A stretch of 64,000 nucleotides of DNA from Octopus sinensis. Lineage: Eukaryota. The notes under the pieces were generated by a model. It was not told the DNA's origin. It saw nothing but the letters and a program-made list of their open reading frames with translations, and did not search any database. Made by a program: the position numbers and the translations under genes. Positions 23,801 to 37,000 of this stretch are shown here, one piece after another. Position 1 is the stretch's first letter; each line of letters starts with the position of its first letter. The stretch is from positions 115,010,001-115,074,000 of the forward strand of contig NC_042997.1 in the NCBI RefSeq assembly GCF_006345805.1, given 5' to 3'.

Positions 23801-24875
23801 ACACATATAAGAAGAGTGTTTATTATGAATAAATCACAATTATAACGGAGAGGGTTGCAATTTATTTTACGATACGGTATATAATATGGTATAATAGGTT
23901 CCTAACTTCGAAATTGCAATTGAGAATTAACCTTTTAATTTTAAATTGTGAATTTTATATGTCGTGTCGCTCGCAGACAGCATTTATTGTGAGGATATAA
24001 AATGTGAGTGATAATAGTGGCTTTAGAGTGGTCTTGATTAGGCGGCGAGCTGGCAGAAACGTTAACACGCTGTGGGAAATACTTAACGATATTTCGTCTG
24101 TCTTTATGTTCTGCGTTCAAATTCTGCCGAGGTCGACTTTGCCTTTCATCCTTTCGGAGTCGATAAATTAATTACCAGTGACATACTGAGATCGATCTAA
24201 TCGACTGGCCCCCTTCACCCAAATTTCAGGCCTTCTGCCTATAATAGAAAGGTTTCTAGTGGTCTTGACTGCTATTTCTAAACATATAACAGATTTTCCA
24301 ACCCCCTCTGTTTTGATTATGATTTATTTATAATTGTGATTTATTCATTATTATAAACACTCTTCTTTTAAGTAAATTATTATTACATGTTTGTCCATTG
24401 ATATACTCTTACTCTTTTACTCTTTTACTTGTTTCAGTCATTTGACTGCGGCCATGCTGGAGCACCACCTTTTAGTCGAGCAAATCGACCCCGGGACTTA
24501 TTCTTTGTAAGCCCAGTACTTATTCTATCGGTCTCTTTTGCCGAACCGCTAAGTGACGGGGATGTAAACACACCAGCATCGGTTGTCAAGCAATGCTAGG
24601 GGGACAAACACAGACACACAAACACACACATACATATATATATATATATACGACGGGCTTCTTTTCAGTTTCCGTCTACCAAATCCACTCACAAGGCATT
24701 GGTCGGCCCGGGGCTATAGCAGAAGACACTTCGCCCAAGATGCCACGCAGTGGGACTGAACCCGGAACCATATGGCTGGTTAGCAAGCTACTTACCACAC
24801 AGCCACTCATATTCATAAATAATTATTTATTGTTTATGATATATCCTTCGTAATGTATTTTTACATTCCTTTTTA

Positions 24876-24917
<42 letters not shown>

Positions 24918-25048
24918 TTTACCAAGTGAACCATGACGAAAAAAATATGAGAAAGATATGGTATATAATTCATTTTGTGCAGGGGGTACCTTGAGACATG
25001 TAAGTTATTTTAAGGGTTACGCAAGAGGGAAAAGGTTGAGAAACACTG
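23607..25048. mobile_element. Non-autonomous hAT (Charlie-like) element with nested SINEs A and B
   Basis: TIRs CAACGTTTCTCAAC / GTTGAGAAACACTG; 8 bp TSD CTCTAATG / CTCTAAAG. Confidence 0.8.
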
Positions 25049-25078
25049 CTCTAAAGTATTAGAACAGAAATATATGTT

Positions 25079-25364
25079 TTAGGACGTTAAATGTTATGGC
25101 CGGTTATGGTCAGTCATAGAGTGACCATTAGTTCCGCCCCTATAAAGCGCTTAGTAGTATAGGCGACTTGTCAGGCTCAAATGGCCGAAGGCGGACGATC
25201 TCTCCACAAATGGTGGAAGACCTCTCCAAATTTCTTCTTCCAGTTGCAGAGAGGTTATGCGCCGTCAGCCATTTGAGCCTGGCGAGTCATCTATACTGCT
25301 AAGCGCTTTATAGGGACGAAACCAATGGTCACTCTATGACTAGCCATAACATTTAACTTCCTAA
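25079..25364. mobile_element. Foldback MITE with ~110 bp imperfect TIRs
   Basis: TTAGGACGTTAAATGTTATGGC..GTCATAGAGTGACCATT..CCCTATAAAGCGCTTAG..CAGGCTCAAATGGC is mirrored at 25262-25364. Confidence 0.8.
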
Positions 25365-25524
25365 AGCGTGGCTGTGTGGTAAGAAGCACGCTTCTCAACC
25401 ACATAGCTTCGGGTTCAGTCCCACTGCATGGCACCTTGAGAAGATATCTTCTACTATAGTCACGGGCTGGCCAAAGCCTTGGGAAGTGGATTTGACCGAC
25501 GGAAACTGAAAGAAGCCCGTCGTG

Positions 25525-25567
<43 letters not shown>

Positions 25568-25744
25568 CACTCACATACATACATATGTGTGTGTGTGTGT
25601 GTGTGTGTGTGGTGTATGTGTGCGTGTCTCTATTCCTGTGTTTACGTCCTTAACTTAGCGGTTCGGCAAAAGGCCCTATAGAATAATTATTAGGCTTCAA
25701 AAACTAATAAAAACAAGTAAAAGATGAAAGATAATATACATATA

Positions 25745-25777
<33 letters not shown>

Positions 25778-25783
25778 TAATAA

Positions 25784-25816
<33 letters not shown>

Positions 25817-26760
25817 CGTACACACACATACATACGCACATACATATGTGTGGTGTGTGTATATATATATATATACTTAGACAAGGCTCAGCTAGAATTC
25901 GCCCTGGCCATGTCTAACTTGACAGCACCATCTCGAAAAGGCGTTTAATGTTTCATATTAAAGCCCATTCAAGTAAAGAGTAAAATGTTTGCAGAAATAT
26001 ATTCGGGGGTTGTGGTTTACCCGGAATTTGTTATTCTAGGACATGTTTGAATGTTTATGAGATTTTTTCTTCCCTTGTTTGTCTTGGCATGATGTTAACG
26101 AGAACAGGACCAGCTGAAGTGAAATAGTTCTGCCTTAAGTGCTGTGATGTGATGCAACCATGATTTTTGTTGAAGGCGGATGGTACGGGAACCAGGCCTT
26201 GGACGAATATATATTAAAATAATTACAATCAACTGTGTGCCCATTTGCTGTCATGAATGGGCTGAAGAAAATTAAGAATATGCCTATTATATTGAGGAAG
26301 CGAAATTAAAAAAATATATACAATATCTAAAATTCATCGAAAAACAGGCAACTAAAAAGTAACGGGAGATAATACAATAAAACATAATCGAGTTATTTCC
26401 CCTGCATTATAAAACCTTTGATTTTGTTCGCGTCATTATTTTCTGATGTGTTTTTTTGTGTTTAAACTTTAAACGAGTTTATTTGGTCTCGCGAAAAGCT
26501 TTTTCTACTTTATGTTATCAATGCTTTTCGTCGGCTTCGAGACTCAGTTTCCGTCAACGTCACTCAGTAGGGGATCAATGAAGCAGAATGTGAATTAAGA
26601 CTAATTAATTGATCCAGAGCATAGATACTATGATTACATCCACAACGAACTACCGTTTAACTCAGAATTGTGAGAATTAACGATTGATGATCTTAGCACA
26701 TGGACAGCAAGTTGTAACATAAGGCATCAAATTTAATACATGGAACATATATTTTATTTA

Positions 26761-27023
26761 CGGAGATGTACATGCATAGCAAGTGACCTGATCTGAGATC
26801 GTGTGCTGATGAAACAAAAACAATTGCAGCGTGGAAGGTGTTTATAAGCTATTTAAAAGCACACAAAAACCATTTGATTCAATTCAACATTTAAATCAAA
26901 TTTGTCAAAATATTTTCGTCGCTTTGAGACCGCGACCTGTTCACTGACAAAATTCGCGCAGCACGGAACTTTGTCAATGAACAGGTCGCATAGCTTATAA
27001 AAACCTCCCACGCTGCAATTGTT
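26761..27023. mobile_element. Head-to-head foldback element with a 13 bp TSD and a hammerhead-like variant
   Basis: TATATTTTATTTA at 26748-26760 and 27024-27036. The right arm is an internally deleted inverted copy of the left arm. Confidence 0.75.
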
Positions 27024-27563
27024 TATATTTTATTTATTTTTATAAAGCTAATGGTGCTAAATACTCCAAAGAATCCTATGAAATTTTATAGCATTTCTTC
27101 CGGGTCGAGCATTCTCGTCAACTGATATTACAGTTATATACAAGTACAGGAATGACAGGAATGTTTCAACAGTTGAAACATTCTTGTCACAACCTGGGAT
27201 CTTGAAGACTGCAAGAAAGTATACTAGTCCCTTAATATTTGATATTTCATCTATTCAATAAGACAATCAATACTTCAACATAAACAACAGACAAAGTTGG
27301 AATTCCTTTGAATAAAATATATATATATAGTACTTTTCTTTTCTTTTCTTTTTTTTTTTACTGGTTTCAGTCATTTGACTGCGGCCATGCTGGAGCACCG
27401 CCCTTAGTCGAGCAAATCGACCTCAGGACTTATTCTTTCTAAGCCTAGTATTTATTCTATCGGCCTCTTTTGCCGCACTGCTAGGTTACGGGGACGTAAA
27501 CACACCAGCATCAGTTTTCAAGCGATGTTGGGGGACAAACACAGACATGCAAATACACACGCA

Positions 27564-27635
<72 letters not shown>

Positions 27636-27918
27636 ACACACACTACACACACACACACACATACAACGAGGTTCTTTCAGTTCCCGCTTACCAAATCCAC
27701 TCACAAGGCTTTGGTCGGCCCAATGCTATAGTAGAAGACACTTGCCCAAGGTGCACGCGGTGTGATTGAACTCGGAAACATGCGGTTGAGAAGCAAGCTT
27801 CTTACTACACAGCCATATATATATATATAATATATATATGCACATACACGTACACATACATACATACATACATACATACATACATACATACATACATACA
27901 TACATACATACATACATA

Positions 27919-28064
27919 CCTTGTTTCTTTCTGTGTTCCTTTCTGTGGAAGAGCGTAGGCTCGAAACGTTAAAGACTTTTTCACTTCCCGAGCGTTAAAC
28001 TAATACATCTGTTTCTTGTCTACACCACCTGTCTTTGCCTTTTGTTTATTTGTGAATTCTCCCT
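27919..28064 (+). mobile_element. Penelope-like pLTR fragment with a hammerhead-like motif (27939-27974)
   Basis: CTTT CTGTGGA A GAGC-GTAG-GCTC GAAACGTT AAAG. Same family as 40790-40935 and 1078-1152. Confidence 0.7.
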
Positions 28065-28075
28065 ATATATATATA

Positions 28076-28573
28076 CTAGCAGTATCGCCCGGCGTTGCTC
28101 GGGTTTGTAAGGGAAATAACTATATAAGCATTTTTAGAGAGTTACTTCCCTTATAGATGCCAATTCGGGCTTTCTTAGCCATTTCTGTTTTGGTGTCTTC
28201 AAGCCATGAAGTCGTTGTTCTAAAAGAACGCTGGTCTCCTTGACAACGCTTTACGACGTTGATTTCCTTACACTCCCTTCCCCACACCTTCACGAGGGAG
28301 GGAAGAAGGGGAGAAGCCAAACAGGTGCAGATGTGAGCGTGGACGCCAACTCCGCCGCCATCGACACACGAAAAATCATGCATTAAAATGGAATAAAAAA
28401 TGATGTTAAATTATTTTAAAATCGTAGACTCATCGTAGACGCGCGCTAATACCCAGACGGGCTCGATATGAATCACGACTATAAGATACCCGAATTGGTT
28501 AACTGCACCGCAAAATGTGGGAGTAGTTAGGAATCTAAATCGAAGGGGACAGACACTCACACAACTACAGTTT

Positions 28574-28582
<9 letters not shown>
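28076..28582 (-). mobile_element. Non-autonomous Helitron
   Basis: The minus strand starts in ..TATATAAAA and ends with hairpin CCCGAGCAACGCCGGG plus CTAG|T. Confidence 0.7.
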
Positions 28583-28656
<74 letters not shown>

Positions 28657-28661
<5 letters not shown>

Positions 28662-28849
28662 ATCCAAACACGAATAAAAGAAAACACAACAACGCTAGGA
28701 CGTGGAATAAGTATAGTGTTATTGGACGCTCAGGAAAGGAAAGAAAAGAATATTTAACGTTTCGAGAGGAGCTCTTTGTCAGAAACATAGAAAAAGGAAA
28801 GGTCCAAGGAAGGGAAGACGGAGAAAGAAAATCGCCAACGATACACATG

Positions 28850-28887
<38 letters not shown>

Positions 28888-29024
28888 TTTTTCTATGTTT
28901 CTGACAGAGAGCCTCTCGAAACGTTAAATATTCCTTTCTTTCCTTTCCTGAGCGTCCAATAACACTATACTTATTCCACGTCCGAGCGTTGTTGTGTTTT
29001 CTCTTTATTCGTGTTTGGATTAAC

Positions 29025-29025
<1 letters not shown>
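28657..29025. mobile_element. Inverted pair of pLTR-like repeats around (TA)n, each with a decayed hammerhead
   Basis: 28657-28797 is the reverse complement of 28886-29025. Motif TGTTT CTGACA(A/G)AGAG..CTC GAAACGTT AAATA at 28751-28787(-) and 28896-28930(+). Confidence 0.75.
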
Positions 29026-29100
<75 letters not shown>

Positions 29101-29108
29101 TGTATGTA

Positions 29109-29151
<43 letters not shown>

Positions 29152-29628
29152 TGTGTGTGTGTAAAGAAGTTGACAGGCAGATAAACAAGTAGACACGATG
29201 CGTATGTTTTCATGGAGTAGAAAATAAAGAGTACGGAATAGCAAAAGCAGTTATGTAATAGTCCTACTTTCAGCTGTTTCGAGAGGAACATGACTTATGC
29301 CATAACTACATTCTATATATATAATCCATGCTCCTACACTCTTGTACATTCAATAAACTGGACGGGCGGAGTGTGAGAAAAGAAAAATTAAGAATATATA
29401 ATAAAATAAAACTTCCCTTGTAATCCCTTCTTTCTCCCTCTTGTTACGTATGTATATGTGTGTGTATGCATACGTGTATATGTGTGTATGTGCATGCGTT
29501 TATGTGTGTGAATGTGTGTGTGTAGCGCGCACGAGTGATAGATACATGGACAGGTAGAAAGAGACAGAGAGGAGAGTGAGTGAGAGTGTGAGTGTGTGTG
29601 TGAAAGAGAGAAAGAGAATGTGTGTGTA

Positions 29629-29665
<37 letters not shown>

Positions 29666-30113
29666 ATATGTGTGTGTGTGAGATACACACACACACACAC
29701 AGAGAAAGAGAGTCTGTTAACCTGTTGTAAAGTATGAAGTGGTGTATCGTACTGACGTATGTCACAAGTGATAAGTTAATCCCCAACCGTAGAGGACTGC
29801 AGCTACGGAGCTGTATAATTATAGACATACACAGACATACATATTCACATGTACATACGTATATTTGCGGGACCGCATGTGTCCATGTGTCTTTATAAGT
29901 TGATGCCACACGCACGAGTAAGTGTGTGCGCGTGTGTGTTTGTTAGCACTATAAGAAACGGTTGAGATTTTGTTGGTATATATATATATATATGAAATAA
30001 TTACGAGCACAACCTCAGACAAGAAGAAAGATCATAATCCGAGAATCGAACCATTTATCTAATGCATTCGAGAGATCTGGCCACACAACACAAGTAAACA
30101 TTGACAATTTCAT

Positions 30114-30261
30114 TATTTACATTTGACAGATATTTGTCCTCATCTTGTTTGTTGTTAACACAACATTTCAGCTGATATACCCTCCAGCCTTCATCAGGTG
30201 TCTTGGGGAAATTTCGAACCTGAGTTCTCATTCCTAAGGTATTTTTCGATGTTGTTGTTGC

Positions 30262-30294
<33 letters not shown>

Positions 30295-30473
30295 TCACTG
30301 CTTGGAATCGAACTCGGAATCTTGGAGTTAGTAGCCCGCGCTCTTAACCACTACACCATACGCCCGTGGGCATATGGCGTAGTGGTTAACAAACAAGATG
30401 AGGACAAATATCCGTCAAATGTAAATAGTGTAAATAATGTACATAATTCATCATCTCTTAAATATAGAACTGT
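30114..30473. mobile_element. Foldback element with a tRNA-derived head and a hammerhead ribozyme, 14 bp TSD
   Basis: ATTGACAATTTCAT (30100-30113) / ATTGACAATTTTAT (30474-30487). The minus arm runs 30365->30114 and the plus arm 30368-30473 has an internal deletion. Confidence 0.8.
30157..30202 (-). ncRNA. Minimal type I hammerhead ribozyme
   Basis: GACAC CTGATGA A GGCTG-GAGGGTATAT-CAGCT GAAA TG TT GTGTT. The core boxes are intact, stem I is GACAC/GTGTT, and there are two apparent CpG-decay changes. Confidence 0.8.
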
Positions 30474-32288
30474 ATTGACAATTTTATATGTGAAGCACTT
30501 ATAGATATTTTTTACTAGAATAAACTAACAGTGTTATCTACTCTGATATCATATGAAGATCAAAGACAATACTGTAGCCTGTCAATTATCTGATGATAGG
30601 TGGCTTACGACAGTCAGAAAGAAAAGGGGATAGCGTGAAGAAAAAAGGACAGTTATTAATACCAGGTGGAGAGGTTGTACCGAAGCGAAAGATTATTGTT
30701 TTTGAAAAAGCTAGGAAACGGCTGCATACTGCAAAATGCAAGTGGGAATTAAACATGGGGAGCCAATGGAATTACTATTTCTCTGGACATTCCACAAATG
30801 TTCCCTCTAAATGATCAGTCTGCCCCCAATCGGTTTTTCCTGAACACAGAGTCGACATTTGATACATTAGATGAGATCTTATGGAGACAGAGGTGAAGTG
30901 GTGCAGGACAAGGTTGAAAGCAAAAGTGTCGGAACATTATGAAACAAGTCCGAGTATTCTGACTTTGAATATGGAATACAATCGATGACATAATCAAAAT
31001 CTATAAAATAATGAAACTAGTTCAAACTTGCGTTCAAAATTTTGGCACAGGACTAGCAATTTTAGGGGAAGGGTGAGTCGATTTCATCGACCCCAGTACT
31101 CAACTGGTATTTATTTTATCGACCCCCGAGAAGATGAGGGGAAAAGTGGACCTCGGCGGAATTTGAACGTAGAACGGAAAGACAGATGAAATGTCGCTAA
31201 GCATTTTTCCCGGCATGCCAATGATTCTGGTATCTCGCCGCCCTAAACCAGTTCGAATATTACAACCTTAACTTAGGCGGCGAGCTGGCAGAAACGTTAG
31301 CACGCCGGGCGAAATGCGTAGCCGTATTTCGTTTGCCGTTACGTTGTGAGTTCAAATTCCGCCGAGGTCGACTTTGCCTTTCATCCTTTCGGGGTCGATA
31401 AATTAAGTACCAGTTACGCACTGGGCCGATGTAATCGACTTAATACCTATGTATGTCCTTGTTTGTCCCCTCTATGTTTAGCCCCTTGTGGGTAATAAAG
31501 AAACAGGTATTTCGTCTGCCGCTACATTCTGATTAAATAAGTACCAATTACGCACTGAGGTCGATGTAATCGACTTAATCTGTGTGTCTGTCCTTGTTTG
31601 TCCCCTCTGTGTTTAGCCCCTTGTGAGTAGTAAAGAAATAGGTATTTCGTCTGCCGCTACGTTCTGAGTTCAAATTCCGCCGAAGTCGACTTTGCCTTTC
31701 ATCCTTCCGGGGTCGATAAATTAAGTACCAGTTACGCACTGGGGTCGATATAATCGACTTCATCCATTTGTCTGTCTTTGATTGTTCCCTCTGTGTGTAG
31801 CTCCTTGTGGGCAGTAAAGAAATAAGAAACGTTAGCACGCCGGGCGAAATGCTTATCGGTATTTCGTCTGTTTTTACATTCTGAGTTCAAATTCCGACGA
31901 GGTCGACTTTGCATTTCATCCTTTCGGGGTCGATAAATTAAGTACCAGTTGCGTACTGGGGCTGATCTAATCGACTGCCCCTACTCTCCCAAAATTTCGG
32001 GCTTTGTGCCTAGAAAAGAAAAGAATCGTTACCGCGCCGGAAAATATGCTTACTCTTTCACTCTTACTTGTTTCAGTCATTTGACTGTGGCCATGCTGGA
32101 GCAGCGCCTTTAGTCGAGCAAATCGACCCCAGGACTTATTCTTTGTAAGCCTAGTACTTATTCTATCGGTCTCTTCTGCCGAACCGCTAAGTGACGGGGA
32201 CGTAAACACACCAGCATCGGTTGTCAAGCGATGTTGGACAAACACAGACACACAAACGTATGCACACACATACATATATATATTTAAT

Positions 32289-32321
<33 letters not shown>

Positions 32322-32328
32322 TATATAT

Positions 32329-32373
<45 letters not shown>

Positions 32374-32374
32374 A

Positions 32375-32430
<56 letters not shown>

Positions 32431-33955
32431 CATACGACGGGGATTCTTTCAGTTTCCGTTTACCAAATCCACTCACAATAGTTCGGTCGGCCCGAGGCTA
32501 TAATAGAAGACACTTTCCCAAGGTGCCACGCAATGGGACTGAACCCGGAACCATGTGGTTCGTAAGCAAGCTACTTAGCACACCGCCACTCCTACGCCTA
32601 TAGCTGTATTTCTACCGACTTTACGTTCTGAGTTCAAATGCTGCCGGGGTCGATTTTGCCTTTCATCCTTTTGGGGTCGATATAATAAGAACTGGTTGAC
32701 TTTCCTCCCTTTCCTGAAGTTGATGGCCTTGTGCCAAACTTCAAACCAACTTTACAACCTTGATAACGCAAACGTCGACATAATTAAAACTCTTTGACAT
32801 AACGGAGCTATACCATGAAGATCGATAAATTTAGGCATCAAAACGGAAACATAAGAAATTTAAAAACATTTTCAGACATGGAATCGCCACAGGCCTCGGC
32901 ATTCTTTTTTCTTAAATTTTGATTTTTTAAATTAAAACGTGATTTCCAATCGTAATTTCCAATCGTAATAAACAGCTACCAGTGTTAATATAATTAATGG
33001 AGTTAGAAATGTCAATTCATTAAAATTACATTGAAGATAAATGTTAATTAAAATTGATCCTAAGGCGTGAATTGGTAGAACTGTTAGCGTGCCGGACAAA
33101 ACGCTTAGCAGTATTTCGTCCGTCCTAAGGCGGCGAGCTGGCAGAAACGTTAGCACGCCGGGCGAAATGCTTAGCAGTATTTCGTCCTTTCGGGGTTGAT
33201 AAATTAAGTACCAGTTACGCACTAAGGTCGATGTAATCGAGTTAATCTCTTTGTCTGTCCTTGTTTGTCCTCTCTATTTTTAGCCCCTTGTGGGCATTAA
33301 AGAAACAAGAAACGTTAGCACGCCGGGCGAAATGCTTAGCGGTATTTTGAGCTGCACACTTGACGCCACTGCTTTGACACATTTATAGTAGAAGACACTT
33401 GCCCAAGGTGCCACGTAGTGGGACTGAACCCGGAACCATGTGGTTGGTAAGCAAGCTACTTACCACACAGCCACTCCTACGCCTATAAAGTAGGTTTTCC
33501 GTACGCATGGTACTCGAACCCACACTCCTCTGCTTACGCGACCGAGTGTGCTACCGACTTCATTAAGAAAGTATTAACATTAATTGTATAAAAAAACATT
33601 AATATAAATATTTTGTGTATCGTAGAAATATAAACAAGTTATTACACAATAATTTTAACATAAAAATCGTACATCGTATATGCGTAGGAGTGGCTTTGTG
33701 GTAAGTAGCTTGCTTCCCAATCACATGGTTCCGGGTTCAGTCCCACTACGTGGCACCTTGGGCAAGTGTCTTCTGCTATAGCCTCGGGCTGACCAAAGCC
33801 TTGTGAGTGAATTTAGTAGATGGAAACTGAAAGAAGCTCGTCGTATTATGTATGTATGTATGTATGTATGTATGTATGTATAGTATGATATGTATATATA
33901 TATATATATATATATAGATATAGTATATATATATATATATATATAATATATATAT

Positions 33956-34001
<46 letters not shown>

Positions 34002-37000
34002 AGGCGCAATGGCCTAGTGGTTAGGGCTGCGGACTCGCTGTCGTAGGATCGCGGTTTCGATTCCCAGACTGGGCGTTGTGAGTGTTTATTGAGCGAAAAC
34101 ACTTAAAGCTCCACGAGGCTCCGGCAGGGGGTGGGGGTGGCGATCCCTGCTGTACTCTTTCGCCACAACTTTCTCTCACTCTTTCTTCTGTTGGCCTGCT
34201 CGCTTAGCCAGCGGCGAAGCGCATTGTGACCAGCGATGTGTAACAACATCTGATGGCCTGGTCGATCACGGTGATCACGGTGATATATATATATGTGTGT
34301 GTGTGTGTGTATGTGTATGTGTTTGTGTGTTTGTGTTTGTCCCCCAACATCGCTTGACAACCAATGATGGTGTGTTGACGTCCCCGTAACTTAGCGGTTC
34401 GCCAATAGAGACCGATAGAATAAGTACTAGGCTTACAAAGAATAAGTCCTGGTGTCGATTTGCTCGACTGAAACAAGTAAAAGAGAGAAAGAAAGTATGG
34501 AGACCAAAGGGCCATGTGGACCCCGGTTGAGAACCACTGGTTCCAGGTATATCACATTTCTTGTTCCTTTTGTACATCCGTAAGTTCTGTTGGTGGCTGC
34601 AGAAGGCGTGAAAGCTCGTAGCCTAGTGGCTAAGGTGTTGCATACCCAATCACAAGATCGTGGTTTCGATTCGCGGACCTGGCGGAGCGATGTGTTTTTG
34701 AACAAGACACTTCATTTCATGTTGCTCCAGTCTGCTCTGCTGTAAATGAGTGACCCTGAGACGGACTTGCGAATCATGTTGTGATCTCGGTTACTTATAC
34801 GTCATAGAAATCGGGTAACCAGCCCTATGAATCCAATGAATCGGAACAGTACACACTACAGAAGGAAGCGGGCAAGATGAACCGCCAAGAAAGAAACCCC
34901 TGTGAGACCATTCGTTCTGCTAGGATTTATCAGTCAAATTCTTTTACCTTTATCCTACCATTCCTCTTATAAAATGTAGAAAGTTTATAGGCGCAGGTGT
35001 GGCTGTGTGGTAAGTAGCTTGCTTACCAACCACATGACTTCGGGTTCAGTCCCACAGCGTGGCACCTTGGATAAGTGTCTTCTACTATAACCTCGGGCCG
35101 ACCAAAGCCTTGTGAGTGGATTTGGTAGACAGAAACTGAAAGAAGCCCGTCGTATATATGTATATATATGTGTATGTGTGTTTATGTTTGTGTGTCTGTA
35201 TTTGTCCCCACCCCACATCGCTTGACAACCGATACTGGTGTGTTTATGTCACCGTAACGTAGCGGTTCGGCAAAAAGAGACCGATAGAATAAGTACTAGG
35301 CTTACAAAGAATAAGTCCTGGGGTTGATTTCCTCGACTAAAGGCGGTGCTCCTGCATGGCCGCAGTCAAATGACTGAAACAAGTAAAAGAATAAAGAGTA
35401 TATTGAGGCTAACGGAAACTACGAGATGTCTCTACAAGTAGAAGCAGTTATAGTATCCAGAGCGGTTCCGTATTTTATCATTTAGTCTACTGGTTTAATA
35501 TATCAACATTGGTACGACATATGACAAGTAATATATCAACATTGGTACGACATATGACAAGTAATAAAGAAATTATCAATTGACTCAGGACAGAAGGAAG
35601 TGGACAAGGTGGATCAGCAACAAAGAAACCGCTGTGAGGCCATTCGATCTGCTAGGATTTATCAGTCAAATTCTTCTACCTTTATCCTATAGATGTAGAA
35701 AGTTTTATATTTTGAGGCTAACGGAAACTACAAAATGTCTCTACAACTACAAACGGTTATTGTATGTAGAGCGCTTCCGTATTTTATTAATATATCAACC
35801 TTGCCTCGACGTATAAATTATCAATTCTACACTTAGAAACGTGTGACAGAAAAACCTTCCAAAAAGTTTCCATTTGTTGTGAGTCAAAGCAGGTGAAAAG
35901 AAATCTTGGTTGATTACAATGATGAACGCTATATGAATTAAAAAAAATTTCTTTCTGACATCGTTGGTTAAGATTAATCTCTCTATTTCTAGACTTTCTG
36001 CTCAACTGAAGTCGATTAATCATCACATTCGTAAGCAGTCATTTTAATTCGTCAAAACGGTTAGTTCTTTTTTTCAGAATTGATTTCTCTTTTGTCATAT
36101 GACTAATCTCTTAACCATGTTCAACTCCTGTATGCGTGTATGCTTGTGTGTGAGTCTGATTGTGTCTGCATATATGTGTGTGTGTTGTGGTGCGGTGTGG
36201 TGTGTGTGTGTGTGTCGTTGAACGGCAAATAAACAATGTTCATGGAGTACACTATAAAGAGTACGGACTAACGAAAACAGTTATGTAACAGACATACTTT
36301 GACAGCTGTTTCGATAGCAACATGGCTTATGCCGTAACTACATTCATACAAAATAAAATCCCATGATGTAATAGATCCATGCGATAATAAAATTTCCTGT
36401 GAATCAGTTAGGTGAAGTTAGGTTACTCTCATATATGCGCGTGTGTGTGTCTGTACCACTATATATGTGTGCATACACATATATAAGTATATATGTATGA
36501 ATGTATGTTTGTATGTATGTATGCATGTATCAATCAATCAATAAATCAATCAACCAATCTATCTATCTATCTATTTATCTATCTGTCTGTATGTCTGTTT
36601 ATATATGTCTATCTCTCTATCTACGTAATTTGATAAACACAATATATGTTTTTATGGGTTTCTATTAGTTTCATGCAATGAAAGCATGCCTGACAGTATT
36701 TTTAATATGTTTAGTGTTTCAGCGCAATCTTCAGGTATTGCTCACATGTCATAACAAGCTAAAGGTCGGACTGTCGGGTGAGAGAAAAAGCGAGAAAAGG
36801 CGAGAAAGACGCAGATATAAAAGGTGGAAGGTTGAAAAATCGGAAAACGAAAGAAAAAAGAAAGCAAAAAAAAAAAAAAAAGAACAGAAAGAAGCAATAA
36901 GGAGAGAATTAAAGTTATGTCCTTTTTGACCGTAAAGTCATAAGGCTGAAAGGGTACACGCACGTACTCTCTCACTCTCATTCCAATGTATGCATGTATG

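Noticed and set aside
26140-26263. Minus-strand exon after a good acceptor (TTTTCTTCAG)
   Set aside because: The phase is incompatible with the candidate exon at 48759 (immediate stop) and there is no recognisable homology.
30290-30365. tRNA gene
   Set aside because: A and B boxes are present but there is no proper acceptor stem or terminator, so it is treated as a tRNA-derived element head. The same applies to 33495-33565 and 34000-34075.
36228-36350. Hammerhead in the dispersed repeat shared with 29205-29315 (minus strand GAAACAGCTGTC)
   Set aside because: Only the 3' half of the core is present and no upstream CTGANGA was found. At most it is a decayed relic.
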